DNA from: the human T2T-CHM13v2.0 reference genome, Homo sapiens
NCBI RefSeq assembly: GCF_009914755.1
Contig: NC_060929.1
Reading direction: 5' to 3' (one strand)
DNA: 64,000 nt
Positions within the stretch are counted from its first letter, which is position 1. Each line of letters starts with the position of its first letter. This document shows, in pieces, positions 13,051 through 27,980 of this stretch. A model generated the notes under the pieces. It saw only the letters and a program-made list of their open reading frames with translations. It did no database searches and was not told where the DNA came from. Made by a program: the position numbers and the translations under genes.

Positions 13051-14249
13051 GGCCACACCAAGTCATGGCTTAGGGAGGCTTTAGTGCCTCCCCCATAATC
13101 TCCATCAGTTCCCTGACAAGCCACCCCAAAATCCAAACAAAAACAGTGCTCTTGCTCTGCCTCCCCTCTCCCTCCAAAGAGAGATTCTGGATATCCCACT
13201 ACCCCCAGGATAAATGCCAAAATCCTTCCTGTGGCCAAGCCCTGCTGTCTCTCCAGCCTCCCACGCACATCCCCAGCCCTCACTCCCAGGGCTCTGGCCA
13301 CACAGGCTTCTGTCCACCCACACCTCCTGGCTCTGGCCTCTCCTGGTTGGCTCAGGCCTCTGCATCCTTCAAAGTGTTCCCTCCCTCCAGGACACCCACA
13401 CAGAGGGGCAGATCCCCCAGAGCGCCACACTCCTCTCCCACACAGGCTTTCTCCTGCCATGACTCTACACTAAGTTTGTGCTTACTTGGTTTATTGCTTG
13501 CCTCCCCCACTAGACTGTCAATGTGAGGAGGGCAGACCCAAGACTAGGTCTGCTTTGGCTCATTTATCCCCCAGTACTCAAGTGGCATGCAACAAAATTC
13601 TGTGGAGAGAAGAAATGCATGAGCTAACCTAGGTCAACATTACACAAACTGCCTCTTAATGAAATGCCAATGAGAGCTTGTAAGTAAAAGTTTGAAAATA
13701 CAGTGAACTCTTACCTCACAGTATGCATTCGCGTAAGAAAAAAAAGAACTCACCATCCTGCAAGAAAGAAACCTGTTTAATTTTAATGCGATGTTTCCCA
13801 GCTTAGCTGAGTATGAAATCCTGTTCTCCTCTCCTTCAACTTCCTAGAGAGTAGTATGCCTTAGAACAGCAGTTTGGGAAACACTATCCTAAATCATGTT
13901 TCTGTGTTTAAATGTTCTATTTAAACAAACTGGTAAAGACGCAGTTCTTCAAGATACTCTGAGCCACAGAGCCTTGTGAGGTGGGGCAGGATCCGAGGTG
14001 CTCCTGCTTCCTGCCTGCCCGTCCCTGCTCTGCCTTCTGTGGTCTGTGCCAGGATGGCTTTGGGAAATCATGTTGCTACAGACAGAAAGCCTCACTTCCC
14101 TAGGGGTTAGGCCAGAACTAAGAACCAGGCAGGAACTTGGACAGGCATGGAGTAGGCATCTTTTCAAGTTCACAGTTCCTTCCCACCACATGCTGGCCAC
14201 ACAAAACAAGAACAGCAATTGGTATCGGCACTTTTCCAGTCATGGTTAC

Positions 14250-14430
14250 TGATGTGATCCTTTTTGCCTCGAACAAAACCTAGTAGGTAATTCAGATATA
14301 ATTTTTCTTATTTAAAAGATTAGAGGAATAAGACCCATGAGGTTCAAGAAATTTGCTCAAGGTCACTTGGCCCCGGAAGTTGCAGAACTTGAACAAAAGT
14401 ACGAGAGCTGAGGCTCTTTCTTCTATGCCA
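14250..14430 (-). mobile_element. MIR
   Basis: aatttgctcaaggtcac...cagaacttgaac core. Confidence 0.6.
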
Positions 14431-14581
14431 CAAGGTTACTCTTTCAAACTAAAACTGTCCCTAAAGAGGCAGCTGCCGGCCAAGCAGGTCTGCAAGCGCC
14501 GAGAGAACTCCTTATGCTGGCGGGTAATTTGGGCTTATCGCTGTGTGATAAGTTGCCATAACTGGCCTAATGCATCTATGG

Positions 14582-14870
14582 CAGAGGCTGCCAACTGGTA
14601 GCCTCAGGACTGGATCTGATGAGTGTGTTTTATTCAGCCACATAGTGGGGTTGTTTTTTAGTTACCTACATTTAAAATTCAAGAAATTTCACCTTACAAT
14701 CTGGATGAAAACTCAGAGGCCTCCCCCTACCCTCAGCTCTGTGTCCTTGTGATGACCGTCAGCTGGAGGTGCAGCAGCTTCCCTTTCCAATATTTGCTTA
14801 CTTACAGGCCCTATGGCCATTAGAATGTTGCTCCCCTGCTTTGTAGATGATGGGCACTTGTTCCCAAGAC
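14582..14870. mobile_element. hAT-Charlie MITE, MER102-like
   Basis: cagaggctgccaactggtagcc...gtgtgttttattcagccacatagtg...cagctggaggtgcagcagct resembles my recollection of MER102. Confidence 0.5.
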
Positions 14871-15824
14871 CACCAGACACAGAGATGTGGCAGAACAGGA
14901 CAGAGGGATTATAGAGAAAGAGGGAGAAACACCAAGAAGAACATCTTCTGAAGTCAGGGATAAGAACCTCCGCTAAAAATAAAAGCAAGCTTCTGCAACA
15001 GAGGGAAATTGTAAACATAAATTTCCTTTAACCAGCATCCAAACATTTTAATATTTATGCCTAGACTTTCCCAGGCAATTTTAATTCACATTACACTCTT
15101 CCTACAGAAAAGAAAAAGGAAGACAGGGGGTACAGAATGTGGAAAAAAATACTTAAAATGCCATCATTTAAGTGGAAATGAATCCTTTTCAAAACACTGT
15201 GTCCAGAGGAGCTGTTGCCTCGAGAGGTGGTTTGTCAGTTCTGTGCACCACTCAAAATCCATTGAAAGCTATAAAAAGCACCTGCCGTCTTCCACAAACT
15301 CCAGATTCATTTTCTCCGGGGTTGGATTCTAATGTGGCCCCTTTGCAGCAGAAGCAGAGCTGGGGGCGACAGCTGAGGAACTGCTCAGGCCTGTGACAGG
15401 CGAACTTGTTATATTACATTTCAAAGCCACACACTGTTTTAAAGAGAGGCAAAGCCATCCAGAGATGCAGCATCTCAAACCCAACTTTGTCAGGCCTGGC
15501 TGGCAGCAGGGGGGAGAATACTGATGCAGAAATAGCCAAGCACACTTTTCAAGTTCTTCAGAGTTCAATAGGTCACGTTGGTTCTTTCTTTCAGCAAATT
15601 CACCTCATATTGGCTGCGGAGCTGGATGGCTGGGTTTTGTATGGGGGATGGGGATTAAGTTCTCTCCATCCCTCATACAAAACTCCCCAACCCCCACACA
15701 AAAACCCTCAAGTCAGCCCACTCTCCAAATGCAGGTTTACCATTTTCTCCCTGCAAGGAGCCGTCCAGCATCTCTCCAACCCTCCCCACCCTTGCTTTCC
15801 TCCCAACTGCTGGAGTCTTTGGTC

Positions 15825-16125
15825 TTTTTTTTTTTTTTTTTTTTTTTTGAGACGGAGTCTCACTCTGTCACCAGGCTGGAGTGCAGTGGCGCGACTCAAC
15901 TCACTGAACCTCCACCTCCTGGGTTCAAGCGATTCTCCTGCCTCAGCCTTCCAAGTAGCTGGGATTATAGACACGCGCCACCATGCCCAGCTAATTTTTG
16001 TATTTTTAGTAGAGACGGGGTTTCACCATGTTGGCCAGGATGGTCTTGATCTCCTGACCTCGTGATCTGCCTGCCTCGGCCTCCTAAAGTGCTGGGATTA
16101 CAGGCATGAGCCACCTCACCTGGCC
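15825..16125 (-). mobile_element. AluS (Sc-like)
   Basis: Full antisense Alu; TSD tctttggtc on both sides. Confidence 0.95.
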
Positions 16126-16880
16126 ATCTTTGGTCTTTTTAACACATGATCTACTGCCTGTCCTTTTTACATGTGGAGCTTTGTGACTTGCAGCTACACA
16201 GGTTGATCTCTGAGGGCAGGGACAAGGCCTCCTGTTTCTCTTTGTAAACACACATGGCGTAAGTGTGCAGTGGGAATAACCATCCCTACGCAGTAGGCAG
16301 ACTGGACAGGAGGCTCAAGGCCCTAGTGTGGGAAGAAACAGCAGAACTCGGACCTAGGGGACCATGTGGCTGGAAAGACGGCAGCTCAGTGGCCAATGGC
16401 AGAGCCTTCCCAAGCCCTTGGCACTGCCTGAGGAGAGGCAGTACTCAAGAATGACTGAGCCCAAGTTTCTGCCAGCCTGGTAGGATAGGGACTCAGATTT
16501 ACAGAAAATGAGACACAATACACCTCTGAGTTTATGACCTGAAACTCCTATCAGCCTAAAATCCAGCTGAAAGGATGACAGAGGAAACAAAGAAAGGAAG
16601 TGGAGATTTCAGCCTCAGTGCAGAGGAGGGAGGCATTGAGAACACACGGGAAGGAGGCTGTGACATAGGCTCCAGGAGCAAGGAGTGGGGCACAGCTGAG
16701 TCCCAGATCTGAGCCTGGTGGTACATGTGCTTACAAAACCACAGTGCCTATTCGGACAGAACTTACGTATTGATTTCAGCATGGACCTGGACCCCTATTG
16801 TCAGTCCCCCAGGACAAACCACTAAAACCCATCTGGAAGCCCCAAGGGAAGTAGGGTGCCTTCTGAGCAAAGTCTCAGCC

Positions 16881-17253
16881 TGTATGAGTTCATTTTCACA
16901 CTGCTATAAAGAGCTGCCTGAGACTGGGTAATTTATAAAGAAAAGAGATTTAATTGACTCACAGTTCCGCATGTCTAGGGAGGCGTCAGGAAACTTACAA
17001 TCATGGCGGAAGGGAAAGTAGGCACGTCTTACATGGTGGCAGGTGAGAGAGAGCATGTGATGGAGGAACTGTCAAACACTTATAAAACCATCAGGTCTCA
17101 TGAGAACTCACTCACTATCGCAAGAACAGCATGGGGGAAACCACCCCCATGATCTAATCACCTACCACCAGGTCCCTCCCTTGACACATGGAGGTTACGG
17201 GGATTACAATTTGAGATGAGATTTGGGTGGGGACCCAGAACCAAACCATATCA
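16881..17253 (-). mobile_element. THE1D-like MaLR solo LTR
   Basis: ttttcacactgctataaag...gagactgggtaatttataaag...ggaaacttacaatcatggcggaagg...ccaaaccatatca; 5-bp TSD cagcc. Confidence 0.93.
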
Positions 17254-17442
17254 CAGCCCCAGGGGAAGATACTTGGGTACAAAACCATGTGGTGTCACAC
17301 CGCAAGTGGCTGTCTCCCACAAAAGCTCCAGGACGTGAACCAAGCTTCCTAAACCTCCTTCACCAGCAAGCAGGGTGTTTCACACATGGTTGAATGCAGA
17401 ATGAATGTGTCAATGCATCAGTGACACCCACATCTACCACCC

Positions 17443-18170
17443 ATTCATTAAAGAAATATTTATTCAGCACCAGTTGCCTCATGCCACATGCACTGCACGT
17501 GCACATGTTCCAGCACAAGGGACACAGCAGTGAACGAGGCAGACCTGGACAGACATGGTCCCTGCCTTCATGGAACTCGCCCTCTAGTTGAGGGAAAAGG
17601 CCACCAAAAACTAACAAATGGATTATTTCAGGTAGGGGCCAGGGCAATTAAAGAAAATTAAAGCAAGATGAGAGAGAAAAAGTTTGGGAAGAGGCTGGGC
17701 ATGGTGGCTCACACCTGTGATCCCAACACTTTGGGAAGCTAGGAGGAGTTCCAGACCAGCCTGGGTAACATAGTGTTATCTCATTTCTACAAAAAAAAAA
17801 AATTTTTTAATTAACCAGGCATGGTGGCATGTACCCTTAGTCTTAGCTACTGAGGAGGCTGAAGTGAGAAGATTGCTTGAGCCCGGGAGTTTGAGGCTGT
17901 AGTGAACCAGGGACACACCACTGCACTCCAGCCTGGGCAACAGAGCAAGACCCTGGCTCAAATTTTAAAAAGTTGGAAGAAAAATGTATCTTGGTGGTCA
18001 GAAAAGACCACCTGCAGGAAGGGTGGCATGTGAGCAGAGACATTTGTGAAGATCTGGGGGAGGACTATTCCAAGCAGAGGGAAGAGCAGAAATAAAACCC
18101 CTAAGGCAGTGGTGGGTATGGCAGGAACAGCAAGGGGGCCAGGGTGGCCCAGGTGGGGAGGGGCTGTAGG
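17443..18170 (-). mobile_element. L2 interrupted by AluJ
   Basis: cattcattaaagaaatatttattcagcacc...tccctgccttcatggaact...attccaagcagagggaagagc. Confidence 0.75.
17693..17970 (+). mobile_element. AluJ with left-monomer deletion
   Basis: J-type gattgcttgagcccgggagtttgaggctg; flanks aaaagtttgggaaga / aaaagttggaaga. Confidence 0.9.
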
Positions 18171-18504
18171 AGGTGGCTCACGGTGGCTGGTGGTGCCACT
18201 CACTCACCACAAGTGTCCTCACAGCAGGTGCTGCCTGTTACTCTTCTTTTATCCCCAGAACGTAGCCCAGGAGGGATATGCAGAGGAAGGTTGTAGCTTG
18301 ACTGCTCCCACCCCTCATCTGAGCCTCTAGCACCACAAAGTCCCCACAAATCCTGCTGATAAGAGACAGCCCACAGAGCACCCATCCTTAAATGAGATAA
18401 AATGGAGTGTTTTCCAACCTAGAACTTTCTGAACATCCCCATCAGGGCCCAACATTCATGTTTGATATCAGCTCAAAGGAAATTTTCTCTTAAAGCATTA
18501 GTTA

Positions 18505-19123
<619 letters not shown>

Positions 19124-19803
19124 GAAAGATGAGGGCAGAGGTCAAGGTCCATCCATCAGCCCCAGTGTCCTCCTGTTGTGTCCCCTCCACTCCTTCCCTG
19201 AGCTGCTGCCAGTCACACCCGATCACCTCCCTTGAGGCCATTGCGCAGCCACAGCCTCTCTTCCCGCTGCAGACTGCACTGCAGGTGAGGGATGGCTCTG
19301 AAATGCAGAGGTGACCTTGTTGCTGTCTGTTAAAAACCCTTCAAAGGCTCCACCCTCTCCTAGGGACAGAGCCCAAGTGCCTTTCGCAGCCCAGTCCTCA
19401 TCACCTCCCCATCACCACCCAACTCCTGCACTCAGTCCAGCTGAGCTGGCATTCCCAGAAGCCTGTGACTGTGCCCAGGGCAAGAGGTACATTTGCAGGG
19501 CCCAGGGTACACACCACATGTGTTTGTGAGACAAAAGTTTCTGGAAACAGTGATCTTTACTATGTACTGTGTGCCCTGATATTTTCAATTCCATCCATTC
19601 TATTTGTTTTTTAAAGCAGGTCATGACATGGTAAATCAGTTTCATGACTCACTAACAAACTACGAACTCCAGTTTTTAAAACCACATACTAAATGAATTT
19701 GTGCAGTCCCTCTGAATCTTTTCCTCTTGCCCCTCTGAGATTTCATACACAACACTTTCTGGTGGGATTCACTTTCTCTTCCCCATTCCCCCTTTGGCTA
19801 ATT

Positions 19804-19990
19804 CAGTTGTTTTCCATCTTAGCTGCACATGAGAATCACAAGCATGCCTTAAAATCATACCAATGACCGGACCCTATCCAACCCACCCCTCAACCCCCAC
19901 TCCGAGATCCTGATTTAATTGGTCAAGGTGGTCAAGGTGGAGCCCTGACTCCCAGGTGGTTCCTTGTGGGCAGCCAAGGTTGAGAAGCAT
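19804..19990. mobile_element. MER5A-like hAT MITE
   Basis: cagttgttttccatcttagctgcacatgagaatcac...ccaggtggttcc...gcagccaaggttgagaagc. Confidence 0.7.
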
Positions 19991-20054
19991 TTGGCCTTAC
20001 CTTCAAAATTTATCTGCAACATTCCCTCCAGAAAACTTCCTCTCTCACCCCTGA

Positions 20055-20133
20055 TACACACATGTGCACGCACACATGCACACACACACGCACTCTCCCA
20101 CCCCTGACACACAAATGTGCATGCGCACACGCG

Positions 20134-20166
<33 letters not shown>
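20055..20166. repeat. Compound (CA)n microsatellite
   Basis: Two imperfect CA/CG/TG blocks each preceded by acccctga, ending in a pure (CA)n run. Confidence 0.92.
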
Positions 20167-20169
<3 letters not shown>

Positions 20170-20369
20170 TCCAGTTTTGATGACCCTCCCACAAGTTCCT
20201 AACCCTCCCTGGTCCAGGCTCTGTAGCACCCACCACATTTTATTGTGTTTGGTGTTCTGTCTCTCTCTCCTCTAAGTGGTGAATGGCTTGAAGGCAGAGA
20301 TGTGTCACATCTTATCTCTGTAAACCCACCATGCTTAAGGCACCAAAGGTGCTCAGTAAATATTAGCTG

Positions 20370-20520
20370 CAAGACCTATGAGGCAGGTCTTATTTTACAA
20401 ACAAGAAAATTGACATCCAGAAGGTTAAGTAAGTTAGCCAATGCTGTACAGCTAGAAGTGTACAATGGGATTAGAACTCAGATCTGCCCAGTTCTGGGGT
20501 CAGAGCCTACTAACCAGCAC
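20370..20520 (-). mobile_element. MIR
   Basis: attttacaaacaagaaaattgacatccagaaggttaagtaagtt...gggattagaactcagatctg. Confidence 0.75.
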
Positions 20521-23500
20521 GGGAGCCTCCTTTAATACCCTCAACAGACCAGAGTCACAGTGAGTCCACAGACCCAACCCAAGCTGCTCCAGTCCTTAAG
20601 GATGAAGGTCCCAAGAAAGCCATCAGCTTGGCCAGCAGAACTGTTTTTCCCCTGGCTCTTTTCTGGCTCTGGGTTCACACAGGCAGCCCCGCCCCCATGC
20701 AAAGGACTTGGTCCTCATCCTCTTGCATTTTCACTCTGCTCTCTCCCAACCCAGATGCTCCAACCCAGCTCCCATACTCCTCATGCTGGTTGGACATTCT
20801 CTCAAACAATATGATTCATCCCAAACTCAGTCTCTTCCTGCTCTCATTCCCAAATAGTCTCACATATCTCTCTCTCTCTCTCTTTTAATCCTTCCAATTA
20901 TCCAAGTTCAAAATATCCCAACCCTGACTTTTCTGCCTGGCCCCCTCCTCCTTACTCCCCTGTGCCATCCTTCTAGGCACCTGGGCTCCTCTATTGCTAT
21001 TCCCCACACCCTACCCATCGACCTTTCAGCCCACGGCCCTCCCATGCCATTCCCAGGTCAGCCTGCTCCCAGTTCATCACCACCACTCCCTGGACTGAAC
21101 AGCGGTCTCCAGTACATCTCCCTGCTTCCAGGCTCCCCGCACCTATCGACACCCCTAAACAGGATGCCTGACAAATCTTCCAAAGCCCAACTCTGGCCAG
21201 GTCCCTCCTTTATTCAAAATCCTCCAGTGAGCCCATACTAACCCACATTGGTAAATAAAACCCAAGTGTCAAAGTCCACTAGTGTGAGCTGGTTGTAAGG
21301 GATCTTTCAAGCCATATCCCACCATGGCTCTGTGACATGTGCCTGCACTCCCAGCTGATGGGTCTGTCAGGCATGCCATTTCTCAGACTTGCCTCCTGCT
21401 CTACCCTGGTCCAGGCACCAGTGTCATCCAGGAGAAGGGCTCAAGGGAAATAACAACATCAGCAGGACCATCCTCACAAGCCAAATGATACAGGCATTAA
21501 GCCATTGCTGCCCATGTTAATTCCATGTCATCAAGTCATAAGTTGGGTTCATTCATGAGCTAACAGCAGGAAAAGATTCTGCGGCCTCCCTTGTCCCCAG
21601 GAAGACTCATAACCAGAGCAGAAGTGGGAAGTCACCACCACATTTTCTGATCTACACCAAGTTTCCTAGAGGAAGGACAGGTAGGTAATGGAGTTTCCTA
21701 CTCCTTTGGGCCCATGGGAGGCCCAAGGGCCATGGTAATACAGAACCCTTGTCATATTAACTGTGAAAAGAAAGTGGGGAAAGGTTTCTAGTGGAGTCTT
21801 GGGGAAGGCAGGTGAGGGTAAGGCAGCACAAAATTGTGGGAGTGGGGAAAGCTGGCAGCCTTGGAGATGACACCAGGTCATGGTGTCCCTGTGGGCTATA
21901 GAGGATGGAGTTTCTGGTCCCTGTTATGCCCTCAAGTGACTTACATTTTCATAAGGGAAGGAAGTTATTCCAGAGTAATTCTGGAGTAATTAAGGCTCAG
22001 AAGTCCAGGGGAACATTCATTAGAAGCACCTTCCCTTGAGCAGGGCTTTCTTTCCTCCTTAAACCTGAGAAGGCTGGGGCCTTCCTTCCCTCTACCATCC
22101 CACCACACATGAGGAATCCATCCCTAGATGGGCCATCCCATGACCAGACCTCTTCAATTCAATGCTTGGGGGTCCCTAAGTCAACCCCTCCCCACCCCAT
22201 ACCCTGTCCTTGTTTCAAGTCTGATCCTCCCTTGCACATTGAGCTGATTAGGGCTCCTACTTTGGCATTCCAAATGCCTAATTGGGAATAATTACAACTC
22301 TTAATTACACTTCAATCATTACATACCAACACCACAGCTGCTTTTAAGTTTTATATTTCATTAAAGCAATGTTTTCAAGAGCCCATTTAAAAAGGTGGAA
22401 AAACTACTGAATAATCATTTATAATTTAAAAGTAAATAAGAGCAAATTATGATCATGTTTGTGAAACAAAACACTCTATCCAATCCAGTTAGTTATTAAC
22501 CTAAAAATCTTTCTGAGTCACCTGGAGCTTTAGGTTCATGTAGTAAGCTCGGTGACTCTGACTCTAAAATTCCAGGCTTCATTTCCAGTGGTAAAATGCT
22601 AGAGCCCAAAGCTATAGAGTTTCCAAGAAAGGATGGCAACAACAAAAAAATGTGGTCAGGGCAGAAGGTCAGGTATCCCAAAGCAAGACTCCCGAAGACA
22701 ATAATAACAATTTCTTGTATCGATACAGCACTTCCCATCTTAGAATGTATATTCAGGTGTATTTGTGCATAGGTCCAAGCCTCATTTTTTTGATGGCTCT
22801 TAACCTTTTAAAGGTGTAGTCATGAAAATTATTTTCCCCAGAAAAATGCACATTCATCAACCATACATAAGATTTTTCACATAATTTTAAGAGGTTCACA
22901 AATTCTTACACAAGGTCATCCATGAATTTCTTAGGATTTGTGATTTACAAAGTTCTCAATGTTCATTGTTTTTTCTAGTAAATGATGAAAGCATGGAGGC
23001 ACCTGCAAATTATATGTACTGTGAAATTTCTAGGCGTGATTCTTTACTATTCATTCTATAGACATTGACTGAGTGCCTACTCTGTTCCAGGCATTGGGCT
23101 TGTTGCCAGAAGAGAGTAAAGATGTGGTGATGAATCAAACAGGGTCCCTTAGGGAAATCCCTTAAGTGGGAGAGGCAAGGGAAGGATGTGGGTTACGCTG
23201 AGGAGGAAGGAAGAGGAAGTACTAGAAGAATTTTGGTCCCTGGGATGCTGCCAAGCTGGGGCTGGCCTCCCTATAAAAGCTGCAGGAGGAATGGAAAGGC
23301 AGGGAAGTGTCCTGGCACCAAATACACAACAATGATATTAACAGCAAGACCTGAGTCCCATACAAGTAATTCCAACCCCTTGAAAGCAAGCTCATAAGCT
23401 TAACCCAGCAGCCAGGGAATGTGATCCATTCATCCATTAATTTCCAGGGGTGTGCTGAGTGTCTTCTGAAGACCCTACACACTCAGCATAGGAACGAGAA

Positions 23501-23572
23501 TTCGTGACAGAGATATTTGCTGTAAGAAAGGCAAAGACTAAGTGCAAAAGATGTAGCTAATTCCATAGGTGG

Positions 23573-23935
23573 TGTAATAGTCTGTTCTCATGCTGCTAAT
23601 AAAAACACACCTGAGACTGAGTAATTTATAAAGAAAAAAAGGTTAATGGATTCACAGTTCAACATGGCTGGGGAGGCCTCACAACCATGGCAGAAGGTAA
23701 AGGAGGAGCAAAGGCACGTCTTACATGGTGGCAGGCAAGACAGTGTGTGGAGGGAACTGCCCTTTATAAAACCATCAGATCTCATGAGACTTATTCACTA
23801 TCACAAGAACAGCAAGGGAAAGACCCACCCCCATGATTCAATCACCTCCCACTGGGTCCCTCCCATGACACATGGGGATTATGGGAGCTACAATTCAAGA
23901 TGAGATTTGGGTGGGGACTCAGCCTAACTGTATCA
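23573..23935 (-). mobile_element. THE1C/B-like MaLR solo LTR
   Basis: tgtaatagtctgttctcatgctgctaataaa...ggagctacaattcaagatgagatttgggtggggac...tatca; 5-bp TSD ggtgg. Confidence 0.93.
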
Positions 23936-24945
23936 GGTGGTTTATTGCAATGACTGCTCCCATGTGACATTCTAGTACCCTAATTCTGAGCTTGGCTTCT
24001 GATGTTTACAACCTGTTATTTTGCCAAGCAAACATTTGTTTGTCTACAATATACTAACATCACTATTTTGTGAAAGACATTTCCTTATTATCTAAGAATA
24101 AAAATAAAGGACAGTTTCATAATGAAGGCCACTCCTCACCAGAAAAAAAGAGTTGGCATTTCACACCATGTGTGTACCCACAACACACACAAATACACAG
24201 TTTACATTTCCTTATTTTTCTAATTTTTCTAAAGACCAGTGAAATTTTATCACAGCTTAGCACCAGTTCACAGAAGGACATTTGGAAACCACCATAAGGA
24301 TTTGAAAAACAAAGCAAGAGCAAAGTATCTGCAGAGCAATTTGCCTTGCCAGGATCAAAGAGAGAAGGTTTTCAGTGGCAGAACTGTCTGGGCTGGGTGC
24401 TGAAGGATGAAAGGAGCTCGAGCTAGTGGGTTGCTGGAGTCCTGCAGACACACTGGAGTGAAGGCAGGTGGGGAGAAGCACAATAGGAAACCTCATTAGT
24501 TTTGTCTACTAACAGCCCTTAATGTCCACATCTAACTTTTGTATCTTATACATTGTCATTTCTAATCTGTTCTTTGTTCTCCAAAGGTAGACTTTCCTAA
24601 CTAATGGACAAAGATTTCAAGTTATTACTGGGTGGCCTTGTTCCCCAAACAGCAGTTCAGTTTTGTTAGCTTTACTATATTTGTGTGTTGTTCCTTATTT
24701 TTACAAATTCTTTAATATTAGATTATAGGGGGATAAAACCAAAGACCTATTACTAGAGGAAAAACAGCATATAAGCACTGTACAGTTTAGAAAAAGATGA
24801 AGTTTCCTTGATGATACAAAAGCAGAATAGTACTTGCTGGACCTAAGCCAGTCAACTACATGTTTAATTTTGAAAAAGAACAAAAATATTTTTCAAAAAT
24901 TTGACCACAAGCATTTGTCTCTTCTCCCTCTGAAAATCCCACTAA

Positions 24946-25259
<314 letters not shown>

Positions 25260-26609
25260 CGAAAGTAAAATAATTTTTAAGTATAAATAACCAAAAGAAA
25301 AGAGAGTGAGAAAGGAGATAACAATGAATGAAAAATTTCTACAAGGCCAGACGCATAACGCATTACCACACTATTATCAATAATGTTTAAATGCTTAAAT
25401 ATGTTAAATTTTTGTGATCTTTCCTGTTCTCTGAAAACAGACTCCGTTATAACACATAAGTCTATTGTTCACCTTGGACCTATTTGATTTTCACCTGTAC
25501 TTTCAGGCACATGTTCTGTACAAAGGCAAGGATTCATCTGTTAACATTTTTCTAGCACTCAGTAGCTAATGGCTCCCCAGCCCTCTGCAGTTCTGAGTCC
25601 AGGCTGGCACCTAATAGTTTCACAGTTGGCCCAGCCAGTCTGGCCCACAAGCTCACGACCCATTCATTGTTTCCTATGATAACAGCAGGCTGAGCCATGG
25701 TTTTCAACAGCTGGAGCCCTTAGCAGCCCACCAGGTCAGGTCAATACTCCTGTCTCTTCAGGAATCCATCGGGCCTTCAGCAGGACCTGGGAAGTTACTG
25801 GTGCCAGCTTGCTCTTCTGGCTTAATGCTGAGGACCAAGTCCTCTACCAATACCTCCTTCCTGTGAAGATAATGAAAGTGGCATTTTTCAAGTAATAATT
25901 CCATAATTGTAGTGATTAATAAACTTCCCAAAATGAATGTCATATCTCAACAAAAAGCCAGCAGCAGTTAGACCCCTACAATCTGTGAAGCCTTCTGGGG
26001 CTGGGGACCTGAATATCCATGACACCCAGACCCTCTTTCCTGGAGGTATCAGAGGTTCTCCTTCTGTCCGTCGTGGACACCAGTCTGTGTGATATGATCC
26101 TGCCATTGAGTAAACGTCAAGAGGGCCAGGCTTGACTTGGACAGTCTCTTCCCAAATCCAATCATGTCATAATCAGATTTAATTGAGATTAATAACCTCT
26201 CACAACTGGCTCTAGGTATTTCATCAACAGACACCCTGCTAAGAAAACTGTTTTGCCAGCCTCCAATCTGGCCAAACAAGCTCATCCCTCCTCCCTCCCC
26301 ATACTGGCTCCCAGCCCATCAGACCAGCAAACCATTCAAAGACAGAAAAAAGTACCAAGGGTACTTCAGGAGTCAAAGGATGAGAGAAGCAAATACAGAA
26401 CTACTACTGAGTCAGAAGCATTGAGATGCTGGCACGAGCCTCTTTGCTCTGCTCCAATAGCCCCTACTGGGTAAAGGCAGGAAAGTTCTAGAAGCATTGT
26501 GGCCATCATTGCTCCTAGGATGGGCCCGACCTAGGCTTGTTTGCACCGTAGCTAATGCTTCCCAGTTCTGGCCGCCTTGGCTGCTACACTGAACTAAGAG
26601 TCAACATCT

Positions 26610-27090
26610 TATTCACTTCCTCAAAGATACATGTTAAGCACCCACTATATGCCAGGCCCTGTACAGGGCACTATAATTTAGTGGCGACTAAGACAGAAGA
26701 AGGTGCAGCCCATGTGAGTTTAGAGTCTAGACATGGAGAATGGCTAAGCCAATAATCTCACACATAAATATGGAAGGACACGTTTTAATAATGGATATAA
26801 GAGTATGGGGGTTGATGACAGAGAATAGATAGGGAACCTAATGTAGATTAGGGGTCAGAGAAGGCCTCCCCAGGGCCAGCTAAAAGATGACTAGGAATTA
26901 ACTGGACGTGGAGGAAAAGAACCTCCCAGTCAAAGTAACCATCTGTGCTGTGTTGCTGGAGTGGGATTATGACAAGTGGTTTGTGTAGCTGAAACAGAAC
27001 AAGAACGGGGACAGCAGAGCCAGATGAAGCCACAGAGTCCACAGAGGCTGGGCCATGGTGAAGAGGCTGGGCTTTATCTGAAGCTCAGTG
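26610..27090 (-). mobile_element. L2
   Basis: atacatgttaagcacccactatatgccaggccctg...ggggtcagagaaggcctccc. Confidence 0.7.
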
Positions 27091-27645
27091 AGAAGGTGCT
27101 TATGTAGGACAGCTCTTTCAAAAGCTTGGAGAAGATGTGTGGGCATAAATCTTATAGCACAGCTCCTATGTTTCCCTTTTGGGAAACACTTTCCTAGAAT
27201 AAAGTACATTAATTCATTCATCCAGCAAGAGTGTACAAAGGTAATAAGACAAACTCACACACCCTGGGTGGATCAGTTTTACGTGGTCAATGGTGTAAAG
27301 TTTGTCCTAAAGAACTAATGGGTGCTTCACTCCACCCAGCAATGTGGAGAAAACACAGGCTCCTGCCCTCTAGGGGCTGGAGGGAAAAGGCAGGTCAACC
27401 TGTGGTTTCCACAGAGGAAAAGGCCCTTTCACACTTTTGTTCTAATCCGGTTCTTTTAACCGAGGACTTCAAATGGAAACAAAACAAATTGAAAGGAATT
27501 GAACTTGCTCTTTGGAATGAGAATTCTGAAAATGTACCCAAGCAGTCCTTTTCCCATGAACACACACATACATTTCAATCTCGGCCTAGGGCATTCTTTG
27601 CTGAGGGGTGATACAGATAGTCAGTGCTGTAAGAGTTAAGAAGAG

Positions 27646-27980
<335 letters not shown>

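Noticed and set aside
15406-16065. Longest ORF (219 aa)
   Set aside because: Non-ATG start, runs through poly-T into an antisense Alu, and has no recognisable domain. Other Alu-derived ORFs are rejected for the same reason.
17577-17590. CTCF-like motif (also 59020-59033 and ~63498-63512)
   Set aside because: Each has mismatches at core positions and cannot be supported without a PWM scan or ChIP data.
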